A stretch of 40,885 nucleotides of DNA from a virus, in UHGV virus genome UHGV-0869933. One strand, written 5' to 3'. The position numbers and the translations under genes were made by a program. Positions within the stretch are counted from its first letter, which is position 1, and each line of letters begins with the position of its first letter. The notes below the pieces were generated by a model. The model searched no databases and was not told the DNA's origin. It saw only the letters and a program-made list of their open reading frames with translations. Below, piece by piece: positions 15,923-24,948 of the stretch.

Positions 15923-16279
15923 TTATTCAGTTCTGGATTTTGTCGCCCTGCGTATCCGCGCTTTCGCGTTACGCTCAATCTGAATTAGCTTTTCTATATT
16001 TTTTCGCCTTTCCCGCTCCTCCTGACGCAAGAGCCTTACATCATCTGCCAGTCTGGTTTCTCTTTTCGCCACAGAGAGCATCCAGTCAAATGGCTCCACA
16101 ACTGCACCGCAGATTTTACAGCGGACCTGACGCTCTTTTTCGTCAACCCGGACAGAGGCGTGATGACAATATGGTCTTTCCGATGGCTCATAAAGAAAAT
16201 TAACCTGATTACGAGGGTCATCCTCTTTTACCGGAAATAAAACGATATTGCTTAACTCATCCTCTGGTTTTATTTCCAT
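15923..16279 (-). CDS. Hypothetical zinc-ribbon-like protein (about 118 aa)
   Basis: Internal ATG (MEIKPEDELS) with GGAGAGGAG RBS; C-x2-C pair RCKICG. Confidence 0.45.
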   Translation of the reverse strand: MEIKPEDELSNIVLFPVKEDDPRNQVNFLYEPSERPYCHHASVRVDEKERQVRCKICGAVVEPFDWMLSVAKRETRLADDVRLLRQEERERRKNIEKLIQIERNAKARIRRATKSRTE

Positions 16280-16766
16280 GCTCCTCTCCTTTGATGCGAA
16301 TGCCTGTTGCAATGCTGTTTATGATGCTGTCAGTGCATGGGGTAGAAAGCTGGGCATCTCCAGCAATTTTCATGACCTCAACATCTGCATATCGAATACC
16401 GAGGTGTATCAGACCGGCTATGCCTGACTTAAGCCGAGCATTTTCCATAAATAGAACTTTTGCCCGCTGTTTTTCTGCTTCAAGCTCAACGCGCAGCTTC
16501 CCTACCGTTAGCGCAATATCCTCGTTCTCCTGATCGCGGCTTTTGATGTATTGCAGGTTTCTTTCCCGTTCATCCAGCAGTGCCAGCACGGTTTCTGGTC
16601 CGGTCAGAAATTTGAAGGCGTTGAGCGCATCAATATCCACACCGTAATCTTTAAGTTCCTGTTCACTTAACAAGTCATCATCAGCTGGCAACATTAACAG
16701 GCGTTCCATTGCTGGAATTGCACGTTCCGCCACCTCACGCAGTGCCTGGTAATTAATTTCGCTCAC
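16257..16766 (-). CDS. Hypothetical protein (MSEINYQ family, GTG start)
   Basis: 169 aa; GTG start with AAGGAGG RBS at 6 nt spacing. Confidence 0.5.
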   Translation of the reverse strand: MSEINYQALREVAERAIPAMERLLMLPADDDLLSEQELKDYGVDIDALNAFKFLTGPETVLALLDERERNLQYIKSRDQENEDIALTVGKLRVELEAEKQRAKVLFMENARLKSGIAGLIHLGIRYADVEVMKIAGDAQLSTPCTDSIINSIATGIRIKGEEHGNKTRG

Positions 16767-17269
16767 TGGTTGCCTCCTTTGCGAAGCTGGGCAGCAAAGT
16801 CAACTAACCACTCAGTCATTTCAACCTTCCCTACCAGGTCTGAACCAGGGTACATACAGCAATCACTCTGCGCCGCTTTGAAATCCTTATACTCATATTC
16901 TTGGGCCACCAGATTTTTTGCAGCTTCTATAGCAGCATCCACCCCCTGCGCCCGGACTTCAGCCAGGAAAGCATCAGTGGTTGGTGTTTCAGGTATCTGT
17001 CTCCTCATCCGTTCTATTGCATGATTGAACCCGAAGTCTTCCGCGAGAGATACGTCATCCATATTGTCATTGTCATCTTCAATATCCCGTGATTCTGGAA
17101 TTGCAGACTTTATTCCCGCATTCTCCGCTGCCAGCGCCGCGCACTTGGCCTCAAGAGCGGCAACCACTTCCTGATGGTCTTTGTACTTAACGTATGAGCC
17201 GGAGATGTCATCACCTTCGGTGTTTAGCCATGCGTCATTGCAATTCACTGCGTAGGTTCTGATGCTCAT
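16763..17269 (-). CDS. Hypothetical acidic protein (about 168 aa)
   Basis: Likely start MSIRTYAVNCNDAW directly after the stop of the 61-aa ORF. Confidence 0.45.
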   Translation of the reverse strand: MSIRTYAVNCNDAWLNTEGDDISGSYVKYKDHQEVVAALEAKCAALAAENAGIKSAIPESRDIEDDNDNMDDVSLAEDFGFNHAIERMRRQIPETPTTDAFLAEVRAQGVDAAIEAAKNLVAQEYEYKDFKAAQSDCCMYPGSDLVGKVEMTEWLVDFAAQLRKGGNQ

Positions 17270-17451
17270 GTTGATGCTCTCCCGCCCCTGACAGACGCCA
17301 GGCCAGTCAATAAAGTATCCGCACAATGCCTACCCTCAGACGTGCGCGCAGGATAAATGCCGTTATGACCCGGCAAAATATATGCTACCCATTCATCTTG
17401 CGTTGCCTGTTCCGCCGCCTCGCGCAGTTCTTGATAGTTAATTTTGCTCAC
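17266..17451 (-). CDS. Short ORF with MSKINYQ-family N-terminus, possibly a gene remnant
   Basis: First about 21 aa (MSKINYQELREAAEQATQDEW) are paralogous to the MSEINYQ genes; the remaining 40 aa are low-complexity and unlike the paralogs; GTG start with GGAGG RBS. Confidence 0.3.
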   Translation of the reverse strand: MSKINYQELREAAEQATQDEWVAYILPGHNGIYPARTSEGRHCADTLLTGLASVRGGRAST

Positions 17452-17704
17452 TGGTTGCCTCCGCTTCCCACGTTTTCAGACTTTCACCACAGAACGGGCA
17501 AAATGAAACCCGAACTGGTGATTTAGAAAATTCACCGGAACGCAACATCACAAAATCAGGACCGCGAGTTAAACTCTCATTCCAGATTTTGTATATCAGC
17601 AGACCTTTTCGCATCGTGTATTCAGCATCATGCTCAAGGGACTTTGCCAGTGCTGCACATGGTTCTATCTTGTTGCCATTAACCTGGCATTTTGATTCAC
17701 TCAC
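17438..17704 (-). CDS. Hypothetical zinc-ribbon protein (88 aa)
   Basis: GTG start overlapping the upstream stop (GTGA) with GAGGAGG RBS; C-terminal CPFCGE. Confidence 0.45.
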   Translation of the reverse strand: MSESKCQVNGNKIEPCAALAKSLEHDAEYTMRKGLLIYKIWNESLTRGPDFVMLRSGEFSKSPVRVSFCPFCGESLKTWEAEATSEQN

Positions 17705-18123
17705 CGCACCACCTCCTCAAAATTCCCCTGATAAAACGCCAGTACGCGCTGCATAACTTCGCTCTTCCGGCACTCGCGACAGATTATGTTCTGACGCCTG
17801 TCGTAGCGACGTATTTCTCCGTCAGGTAATAGCCAGATAAGGTCCGGATCAACCACAGATGGTTTCTTCAGCTTTGCCCTTGAGAGTTTTTTGCGGGCGT
17901 TTTGCCAGTCCTTGCGCGCCTGCTCAGACGGGAATACTCCGTAACCGGAATTGTAAACATCACCACTGGCGGCCAACTCCATGCATAAACGACCGACAGA
18001 CGTATGACTGACACCAATTTCATCCGATAACTGCCGAATCGTGCCTCGTCCGTTAAGGCGTACGAATTCCACGATCAGCCCTTTAATTTTTTCCCGCTCT
18101 TCTTGTGTAAAAACTTTTGCCAC
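17701..18123 (-). CDS. Hypothetical HTH-containing protein downstream of the replication initiator
   Basis: 140 aa; GTIRQLSDEIGVSHTSVGRL resembles a helix-turn-helix; occupies the slot after the O-like gene; function not established. Confidence 0.4.
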   Translation of the reverse strand: MAKVFTQEEREKIKGLIVEFVRLNGRGTIRQLSDEIGVSHTSVGRLCMELAASGDVYNSGYGVFPSEQARKDWQNARKKLSRAKLKKPSVVDPDLIWLLPDGEIRRYDRRQNIICRECRKSEVMQRVLAFYQGNFEEVVR

Positions 18124-18163
18124 AAGCCCTCCTGAAAATTACCTCATGACCAGAAATTAACAC

Positions 18164-19141
18164 TTACCCCCTGAAGCCCGGCGGAATTTCAGTGTCCGGT
18201 TCAGAAATGTGATTCACGCAACGCTGCGCAGGCGAACGCCCCAGGCGGATAACCAGTTCATCCCATTTTTCCCGGAGTTTTGCCGGACTCATGATGTTTT
18301 TTACCCAGAACGAATCCCGCTGGAGACGCCCAAACATTTCACAAATTTGTCTGTGAGTTCTGCCATCCAGCATCCGCATTGTGCGAACGTCATTGGCCCA
18401 TGCTGTCCAGTTGGGTTCTTTCGGTCTAGTGATCTCGCCATCATCGCTGGCCGCCTGCTCGTAAAGACTCACGATTCGTCCCCAGATCCACTGTGCGCAC
18501 ACCAAATCTTCCTGACTTCCCCACTGGCGTTTTTTCGCACTGAACACAACCGCGTCAGGGTGTCGGGTTAAAAAATCCTGTTCAGCCGTCTGCGGGTCCG
18601 GTTGCGAAGCGTCCGGACAAGAAGATCTTTTATCTGACGGATCAGGTTTTAATACTGACGGATCGGGGTCAATCATCGGCCCCCTAATCGGCAGTTTTTT
18701 ATCAACAGTTGATCCATCAAAATTTGACGGGTCAACCGTTGAGGGGTCAATATTTGACGGGTCAACTGTTAACGGGTCATTTTTTGCCGGGCTAATTTTT
18801 CTTTTCGGTTTATATGACTCACGCGCCGCCGCCGCAGCTGCTTCGAGTTTTTCCACATTAAGCCGATAGATATTGCTTACATTACGCCCACCGACCTTAC
18901 GCTCTTCCTTCGTCAGCCAGCCCTCTTTCGCCAGTTCTGCAATAGCCGATTTCACTGTGGATTCACTTCTTGCACCGATCTGACGCCGGATAGTTTCAAT
19001 GGCAGGCCATGACACGCCCTCGTCATTGCTGTAGTCTGCAAGACGGGCCATAACCGCCACCCTGGATAAGATCATGCCGGTGAAGGCGCACCCTTCCCAG
19101 ACAAGACCATGAAGCTTGCTGCTCATAAAACCCCCGAACAC
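18164..19141 (-). CDS. Replication initiation protein (O-like) with ori iterons inside the gene
   Basis: 325 aa with an N-terminal winged-HTH-like region; the middle of the gene encodes the repeated peptide DPSNIDPSTVDPSNFDGSTVD, the footprint of DNA iterons. Confidence 0.6.
   Translation of the reverse strand: MFGGFMSSKLHGLVWEGCAFTGMILSRVAVMARLADYSNDEGVSWPAIETIRRQIGARSESTVKSAIAELAKEGWLTKEERKVGGRNVSNIYRLNVEKLEAAAAAARESYKPKRKISPAKNDPLTVDPSNIDPSTVDPSNFDGSTVDKKLPIRGPMIDPDPSVLKPDPSDKRSSCPDASQPDPQTAEQDFLTRHPDAVVFSAKKRQWGSQEDLVCAQWIWGRIVSLYEQAASDDGEITRPKEPNWTAWANDVRTMRMLDGRTHRQICEMFGRLQRDSFWVKNIMSPAKLREKWDELVIRLGRSPAQRCVNHISEPDTEIPPGFRG
18700..18815. repeat. Replication origin-like iterons plus adjacent AT-rich stretch
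   Basis: Three to four imperfect about 20-bp repeats, each with the palindrome TCAAC-N-GTTGA (for example TTGACGGGTCAAC), followed by an AT-rich segment; same layout as ori-lambda inside O. Confidence 0.6.
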
Positions 19142-19148
19142 CGTGCTT

Positions 19149-19574
19149 TTAGTGCATCACCACAGCATTCCCTGCCGGGCCGCCGCGATTCATCTGGTCA
19201 TACAAAACAACCGCTGACGCAACAAAATCATCGACATCCTTCACCAGCCGATCCCTCCGTTCGACGATCTCACGGTAATATTCAGAACTGTGGCTGCGCA
19301 TACGGGCCACCAGCAAAGGCGGCATCGCCTTTTCGATCGCCGGTAACAGAGCCTGCATTTTTTCAACAGCATCAGGGGTGTCTTTCTCTACCCAGCGGAA
19401 AATTTTCTGGGTATTGCGAGCCAGGGCTTCCGGATGGCTGTCGTCATACAGTTCTGGGAACGTCATACCCAACTCAAAATAAGCCTGGGTTATTCCAGCT
19501 GCTGGAACTTTTTCGCCATCAGGACGCGCCCAGGCATTCATCGCCATGCGGATGTGTTCATGCTTGATTTTCAT
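19149..19574 (-). CDS. YdaT-like protein (cII-position gene)
   Basis: 141 aa directly downstream of the Cro-like gene; size and position match the Rac YdaS/YdaT pair; assignment by context. Confidence 0.45.
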   Translation of the reverse strand: MKIKHEHIRMAMNAWARPDGEKVPAAGITQAYFELGMTFPELYDDSHPEALARNTQKIFRWVEKDTPDAVEKMQALLPAIEKAMPPLLVARMRSHSSEYYREIVERRDRLVKDVDDFVASAVVLYDQMNRGGPAGNAVVMH

Positions 19575-19839
19575 GAATCAAGCTCCTAGAAAGTGGTTGT
19601 GTTAACGTTTTGGTATCTTCCAGCTCGGGCCAAATATTCATCCAATCAAAAGGCCTTAGTTGCTGACGTGTAACTTCACCATTACTGGCTCGCTCAATAA
19701 GGACACATAACGATGCCCCTAACACTTGACCTTTACTCAATGCCTTTCTTAGATAACCGATGCTGGTACCACACTCGCATGCAAACATACGCTGTTCATC
19801 TGACGAAAGAGAATTGAGAAATATTCTTAATTCTTCCAT
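19558..19839 (-). CDS. Cro-like HTH regulator (YdaS-like)
   Basis: 93 aa with HTH (CGTSIGYLRKALSKGQ); divergently transcribed from the repressor gene across an operator-rich 100-bp region. Confidence 0.55.
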   Translation of the reverse strand: MEELRIFLNSLSSDEQRMFACECGTSIGYLRKALSKGQVLGASLCVLIERASNGEVTRQQLRPFDWMNIWPELEDTKTLTQPLSRSLIHENQA

Positions 19840-19868
19840 AGCTACTCCTTAGTAAACACAGCAAAGAA

Positions 19869-19946
19869 TACCCACAGGTAAACAAAAGTCAATACCCACA
19901 GGTTGTTTACCTTGCGGTAATCGCATCTATTATTTACCTATGGACA
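19869..19946. promoter_or_regulatory. Right operator/promoter region with three 12-bp operator-like sites
   Basis: TACCCACAGGTA (19869-19880), TACCCACAGGTT (19893-19904), TACCTATGGACA (19935-19946); a -10 TATTAT sits 6 nt before the repressor ATG, implying a leaderless repressor transcript as for lambda cI. Confidence 0.5.
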
Positions 19947-20356
19947 AATATGAATTTAGACGACAGCAACTCATCAAAATTCGTGATGAGAAATGCGATG
20001 GTAAAGCGGTTAACGTGGCCAGAAAGATCGGGCGCGAGCCTTCTTATGTATCAAGAATGTTGTACCCAGAGGGGAAAAGGGAAAAACGGATCGCTGATGA
20101 TATGGTGGAGATTATCGAAGAGTCCTTTGGGTTACCCCGGGGATGGATGGATGGTATCGTTTCATCATCAACGAACACAGCCTCCAGTTATGAAACAAGG
20201 GTTCTAACGCCACGACAACGTATTTTTTTAGATCTCTTAGACGAACTGCCAGAAAGTGAAGCGGATAAATTATTAAAAACTCTTGAAGAGAAAAAACAGT
20301 ATTACAATATGATCTACGAAGAAATCCGTAAAAAGAAAGCACAAAACGCATCATAG
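19940..20356 (+). CDS. Phage repressor (cI-position HTH protein)
   Basis: 138 aa; N-terminal HTH (VARKIGREPSYVSRML); transcribed towards the early-left genes and int; flanked on both sides by related palindromic operators. Confidence 0.65.
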   Translation: MDKYEFRRQQLIKIRDEKCDGKAVNVARKIGREPSYVSRMLYPEGKREKRIADDMVEIIEESFGLPRGWMDGIVSSSTNTASSYETRVLTPRQRIFLDLLDELPESEADKLLKTLEEKKQYYNMIYEEIRKKKAQNAS

Positions 20357-20398
20357 CTCACCAAACAACTAGTCACCAGTTAAGACACCGCAAAAATT

Positions 20399-20435
20399 TA
20401 CCCATGGGTATTTACTTTTTAAATACCTATGGGTA
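20399..20435. promoter_or_regulatory. Left operator/promoter region (two palindromic sites over a pL-like promoter)
   Basis: TACCCATGGGTA (perfect palindrome, 20399-20410) and TACCTATGGGTA (20424-20435) overlap -35 TTTACC and -10 TAAATA of a promoter reading into ydfA. Confidence 0.5.
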
Positions 20436-20621
20436 TCCTTCTTTTCATACCAACCCACCCCGCCCCACAGAATGCAGGGCAATACTTCGAGTTACCAGGC
20501 AGTGGTCAGGGGTTAAGTAGCCAGCCCGAGGCGTAAGAACATGACGGCAGGGTTCAACTTTAATAACTATGCAGCAGGTTTTTGTTCCGCTACCCCGGCG
20601 TTAAGGGGAAATGAGGTCAGC

Positions 20622-20777
20622 ATGGATACTATCGATCTTGGCAACAACGAATCTCTGGTGTACGGCGTGTTTCCCAACCAGGACGGCACGTTCACCGCGA
20701 TGACGTATACCAAAAGCAAAACGTTTAAAACCGAAAATGGTGCCCGTCGCTGGCTGGAAAGAAACTCAGGTGAGTGA
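20622..20777 (+). CDS. ydfA: YdfA-like small protein (51 aa)
   Basis: MDTIDLGNNESLVYGVFPNQDGTFTAMTYTKSKTFKTENGARRWLERNSGE; size and order match the Qin ydfABC-dicF-dicB operon. Confidence 0.6.
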   Translation: MDTIDLGNNESLVYGVFPNQDGTFTAMTYTKSKTFKTENGARRWLERNSGE

Positions 20778-20778
20778 T

Positions 20779-20907
20779 ATGGATTTCGACACAATCATGG
20801 AAAAGGCTTACGAAGAATACTTCGAAGACCTTGCCGAAGGCGAAGAAGCTCTCAGCTTCAGTGAGTTTAAACAGGCGCTTTCCAGCTCGGCAAAATCTAA
20901 CGGCTGA
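20779..20907 (+). CDS. ydfB: YdfB-like small protein (42 aa)
   Basis: My translation: MDFDTIMEKAYEEYFEDLAEGEEALSFSEFKQALSSSAKSNG; starts 1 nt after the ydfA stop. Confidence 0.5.
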   Translation: MDFDTIMEKAYEEYFEDLAEGEEALSFSEFKQALSSSAKSNG

Positions 20908-20936
20908 TAAGCGAAGTAGCACCGCGAGGAATCAGT

Positions 20937-21155
20937 ATGCAGAAACGAGAACCCGTCATAATCGCGCCAGACTATACCGATGATGAACTTTATGAGTGGA
21001 TGCGCCAGAAAATTAATGCAGCGCAGGATCTGAAATGGGCTAATGAAGCCAGGGCTAAGCAGGCTGAAAATCTGTCCGCTCTGGAGCAGGATATCACCAA
21101 TCTGGAAAAAGCAGCGGCATTAAGCATTGCCAGAATGATTACATACCCGCGTTAA
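20937..21155 (+). CDS. ydfC: YdfC-like protein (72 aa)
   Basis: Track ORF of 72 aa in the expected position before dicF. Confidence 0.6.
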   Translation: MQKREPVIIAPDYTDDELYEWMRQKINAAQDLKWANEARAKQAENLSALEQDITNLEKAAALSIARMITYPR

Positions 21156-21496
21156 TAGCTAACCAACGAAGCTAAGGTTGGTAATTAAGGAGTTCTCCAC
21201 GGGTGAGGTGGAGTGCGTGCGCCGGACACGGGTGAGCATCCGGCACTGACAGTTTACTGAAAGGATATTTCCCTGAAAAGTCAGACCATAACGCGAAAGC
21301 GCACGGCGAGGTAGCTGGTTCATAGATAGCCTGTCGTTAAATTTTCGTCGACCGTGCGCTTCCGGTTGTGGCAATCCGCGAAATGGCGCGGCGGTAAGTA
21401 TGGCGGGGTTATTCCTTCCCCCGTTGAGGACACCGGGTTGTCAGGTTGACCATACGCTTAAGTGACAACTCCGCTGCAACGCCCTCTGTTATCAAT

Positions 21497-21555
21497 TTTC
21501 TGGTGACGTTTGGCGGTATCAGTTTTACTCCGTGACTGCTCTGCCGCCCTTTTTA
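21497..21555 (+). ncRNA. dicF: DicF small regulatory RNA
   Basis: TTTCTGGTGACGTTTGGCGGTATCAGTTTTACTCCGTGACTGCTCTGCCGCCCTTTTT matches the E. coli DicF sequence as I recall it; lies immediately upstream of dicB. Confidence 0.8.
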
Positions 21556-21723
21556 AAGTGAATTTTGTGATGCGGTGAATGCGGCTAAGCGCACGCGGAA
21601 CAGTTAAAACCAAAAACAGTGTTATGGGTGGATTCTCTGTATCCGGCGTTAATTGTTAACTGGTTAACGTCACCTGGAGGCACCAGGCACCGCATCACAA
21701 AACTCATTGTTGAGGGCGCGATA

Positions 21724-21912
21724 ATGAAAACGTTATTACCAAACGTTAATACGTCTGAAGGTTGTTTTGAAATTGGTGTCACTATCAGTAATCCTGTATT
21801 TACTGAAGATGCCATTAACAAAAGAAAACACGAACGGGAGTTATTAAATAAAGTATGCATTGTTTCAATGCTGGCCCGTTTACGTCTGATGCCAAAAGGA
21901 TGTGCACAATGA
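21724..21912 (+). CDS. dicB: Cell division inhibitor DicB
   Basis: MKTLLPNVNTSEGCFEIGVTISNPVFTEDAINKRKHERELLNKVCIVSMLARLRLMPKGCAQ, 62 aa, near-identical to K-12 DicB as recalled. Confidence 0.85.
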   Translation: MKTLLPNVNTSEGCFEIGVTISNPVFTEDAINKRKHERELLNKVCIVSMLARLRLMPKGCAQ

Positions 21913-22100
21913 ATCCAGTATTTGCACTTATTCTGACGGTTTTTCTTGTTTCCGGAGAGCCAGTTGATATTGCAGTCAGTGTTCACAGAACAATGCAGGA
22001 ATGTATGGCAGCAGCAACCGAACAGAAAATTCCAGGCAACTGTTATCCGGTCGATAAAGTTATTCACCAGGATAATAACGAAATCCCGGCAGGATTTTAA
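21909..22100 (+). CDS. ydfD: YdfD-like small membrane protein
   Basis: MNPVFALILTVFLVSGEPVDIAVSVHRTM ..., 63 aa; ATGA overlap with dicB. Confidence 0.7.
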   Translation: MNPVFALILTVFLVSGEPVDIAVSVHRTMQECMAAATEQKIPGNCYPVDKVIHQDNNEIPAGF

Positions 22101-22193
22101 AACAGCACCGTAATAAATATCCAGTTTCATTCTTATATGTCAGCAATGGCAGAGATTTGTTCACCCTTAAATCTGTGATGAGGTTTACCAATA

Positions 22194-24635
22194 ATGAGCA
22201 CTGATAAAGAAGAATTTGCACTATATTGCGAAGCAAAAAATGACAAAGTAAGAAAACGCCTGGGAATTAAAGGTGGTTTTTACTGGACTACAGCAAAAAA
22301 ATTATCTGTTGCAATCTCCCGCTGCATTACCGCAATGGATGACAACGATTATGATGAAGACGACTTTAAAAAACCCGTCCGCGTCAATTTGCCCGTTGTT
22401 GACGACCTTCCGCCAGAAGGCGTGTTTGATACTGAATTCTGCAACCGCTATGAAAAAGGCGGGAAAGATGGCATCACAATGACATTTATCGGCCCTTCCC
22501 CCTCTGTTCAGGACAAACCAGCCAGCACTGACAATACCAACATCAACGGCGAAGACATGACTGAGATTGAGGAGAGCATGCTTCTGCCTGTCTCCGGTCA
22601 GGAACTGCCCATTCGTTGGCTTGCTCAACACGGCAGCGAAAAACCAGTAACGCACGTTTCACGCGACGAACTCCAGGCATTACACATTGCACGGGCTGAA
22701 GAACTACCGGCTGTTACTGCCCTGGCTATTTCGCATAAAACCAGTCTGCTCGACTCGCTGGAGATTCGCGACCTCCACAAACTGGTTCGTGACACTGACA
22801 AAGTTTTCCCTAATCCTGGTAATTCAGACCTGGGACTAATAACTGCTTTTTTCGAAGCATACCTGGACGCTGACTACACTGATCGGGGTCTGCTGACAAA
22901 AGAGTGGATGAAAGGAAATCGTGTTTCACGCATCACCCGCACGGCTTCCGGTGCTAATGCTGGCGGTGGGAACAAAACCGATCGCAATCCGAATTTAGTA
23001 CACACCCTCGACACACTGGATGTGGAGATTGCAGCAGCCACACTTCCGATGGATTTTAATATTTATGAAATTCCGGGCAGCGTTTATCGTCGCGCAAAAG
23101 AAGTAGTCCTGAACAAAGAAAGTCCGTTCAAAGAATGGTCCGCAGCACTTCGTGCAACCCCGGGTATTCTGGACTATTCCCGCGCCGCTATTTTTGCACT
23201 TATCCGAAGCGCACACCCTGAATTTTATCACTACCCGGGACGCCTTCAGGGGTATATCAACGCCTATTTGACGGAAACTGATCACGAGAACCCCAGCAAG
23301 GAAACTCTCACAGCTGCCCGGCATACGCCGGAAAAAGATATCCTGGAAGAAATTAACCGCGAGGTGGTTACTGAGCGTGAAACAGAAGAAGAAAAACCAC
23401 AACCATCTGACGCAATGGCAGGTGAACAGGCAACAACTGAAACAATGGAACCGGATACAACTGAACATGGCCAGAACGCGCAGTCGCTGGATGCTCAGTC
23501 GCAGGTGAGTTCCGCTAACCAAGTAAAAGTCACCGCTGACGAAGTAAACAAAATTATGCAGGCAGCCAATATCAGCCAGCCTGACGCCGATAAGTTACTT
23601 GCTGTATCGCGTGGTGAATTTGTTGAGGGGATTAGCGACCCTAATGATCCGAAATGGGTCAAGGGGATCCAGACTCGCGATTCTGTGAACCAGAACCAGC
23701 ATGAATCGGAACGGAACGACCAAAAAGCGGAACAAAACAGCCCAAATGCGTTACAAAACGAGCCAGAAACGAAACAATCCGAACCAGTAGCGCAACAGGA
23801 ACCGGAAAAAGTCAGCACCGCCTGCGGTCAGAGCGGTGGCGGCAACTGCCCTGATTGTGGCGCGGTGATGGGCGACGCAACATACCAGGAAACATTCGAT
23901 GAAGAGAATCAGGTTGAAGTTCAGGAAAATGATCCGGAGAAAATGGAAGGCGCTGAACATCCACACAAGGAGAACACTGGCGGCAATCAGCATCACGATA
24001 GCGATAATGAAACTGGCGAGACGGCAGATCACTCAATTAAGGTGAACGGTCATCAAGAAATCACATCCACCAGCAGGACGTGTGACCATCTAATGATCGA
24101 CCTTGAAACCATGGGAAAAAATCCTGATGCCCCGATCATCTCAATAGGTGCAATATTTTTCGATCCGCAAACCGGAGATGTGGGACCGGAATTTAGTAAG
24201 ACTATCGATCTGGAAACTGCTGGCGGAGTCATTGATCGGGACACCATTAAATGGTGGCTTAAGCAATCACGCGAAGCGCAATCTGCCATTATGACCGATG
24301 AAATCCCGTTAGATGATGCACTGTTACAATTGCGGGAATTTATCGACGAAAACTCCGGTGAATTTTTTGTTCAGGTCTGGGGAAATGGAGCCAACTTCGA
24401 CAACACGATTTTGCGCCGTTCATACGAACGGCAGGGGATCACCTGCCCGTGGCGTTACTACAACGATCGCGATGTACGCACAATCGTTGAGCTGGGGAAA
24501 GCCATAGACTTCGATGCCAGAACGGCTATTCCATTCGAAGGTGAGCGCCATAATGCACTTGATGACGCCCGTTACCAGGCAAAATACGTTTCAGTTATCT
24601 GGCAAAAACTGATCCCGAGTCAGGCTGATTTTTAA
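22194..24635 (+). CDS. Large putative exonuclease with C-terminal DEDDh (DnaQ-like) 3'-5' exonuclease domain
   Basis: 813 aa; C-terminal IDLETMG ... [12 protein letters not shown] ... [13 protein letters not shown] matches DEDD exonuclease motifs; long acidic, low-complexity middle; K-12 has only a fragment (ydfE) here. Confidence 0.65.
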   Translation: MSTDKEEFALYCEAKNDKVRKRLGIKGGFYWTTAKKLSVAISRCITAMDDNDYDEDDFKKPVRVNLPVVDDLPPEGVFDTEFCNRYEKGGKDGITMTFIGPSPSVQDKPASTDNTNINGEDMTEIEESMLLPVSGQELPIRWLAQHGSEKPVTHVSRDELQALHIARAEELPAVTALAISHKTSLLDSLEIRDLHKLVRDTDKVFPNPGNSDLGLITAFFEAYLDADYTDRGLLTKEWMKGNRVSRITRTASGANAGGGNKTDRNPNLVHTLDTLDVEIAAATLPMDFNIYEIPGSVYRRAKEVVLNKESPFKEWSAALRATPGILDYSRAAIFALIRSAHPEFYHYPGRLQGYINAYLTETDHENPSKETLTAARHTPEKDILEEINREVVTERETEEEKPQPSDAMAGEQATTETMEPDTTEHGQNAQSLDAQSQVSSANQVKVTADEVNKIMQAANISQPDADKLLAVSRGEFVEGISDPNDPKWVKGIQTRDSVNQNQHESERNDQKAEQNSPNALQNEPETKQSEPVAQQEPEKVSTACGQSGGGNCPDCGAVMGDATYQETFDEENQVEVQENDPEKMEGAEHPHKENTGGNQHHDSDNETGETADHSIKVNGHQEITSTSRTCDHLMIDLETMGKNPDAPIISIGAIFFDPQTGDVGPEFSKTIDLETAGGVIDRDTIKWWLKQSREAQSAIMTDEIPLDDALLQLREFIDENSGEFFVQVWGNGANFDNTILRRSYERQGITCPWRYYNDRDVRTIVELGKAIDFDARTAIPFEGERHNALDDARYQAKYVSVIWQKLIPSQADF

Positions 24636-24699
24636 TGTTCAACCCCGGTCGTTGCCCACCAGCTATAGTGGCGGCGACCATGATTAGCGAACGACGCCC

Positions 24700-24948
24700 A
24701 TGGCAAGACTTATTCTGCTCACTGAGTGGGCAAAAGAGGAATTCAGTGAACCGGTCCCTACTCCGAGTACGTTAAGTAAATACGCTAAAGCCGGAATGAT
24801 ATTTCCTCTCCCCAAAAAAGTTGGAAGACGCTGGCGAGTGGATCCGCAAGCTCGCTTTGTCGGAATGGTAAACAAGCCGGAGGTGATCGCCACAGATCAC
24901 CCTGCTTTGAAGAGGATACTGGAAGATGGCGCGCCCGCGAAAATATAA
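24700..24948 (+). CDS. xis: Excisionase-like DNA-binding protein
   Basis: 82-aa basic protein immediately upstream of int, overlapping it by 23 bp. Confidence 0.55.
   Translation: MARLILLTEWAKEEFSEPVPTPSTLSKYAKAGMIFPLPKKVGRRWRVDPQARFVGMVNKPEVIATDHPALKRILEDGAPAKI

Noticed and set aside
21585-22130. 181-aa minus-strand ORF antisense to dicB/ydfD
   Set aside because: Cys-rich, low-complexity translation of the antisense strand of two recognisable genes; no RBS; treated as spurious.
22194-24635. Calling the 813-aa protein RecE (exonuclease VIII)
   Set aside because: The recognisable nuclease domain is DEDDh/DnaQ-like, not the PD-(D/E)XK fold of RecE, and no RecT partner is present, so only a generic exonuclease call is supported.
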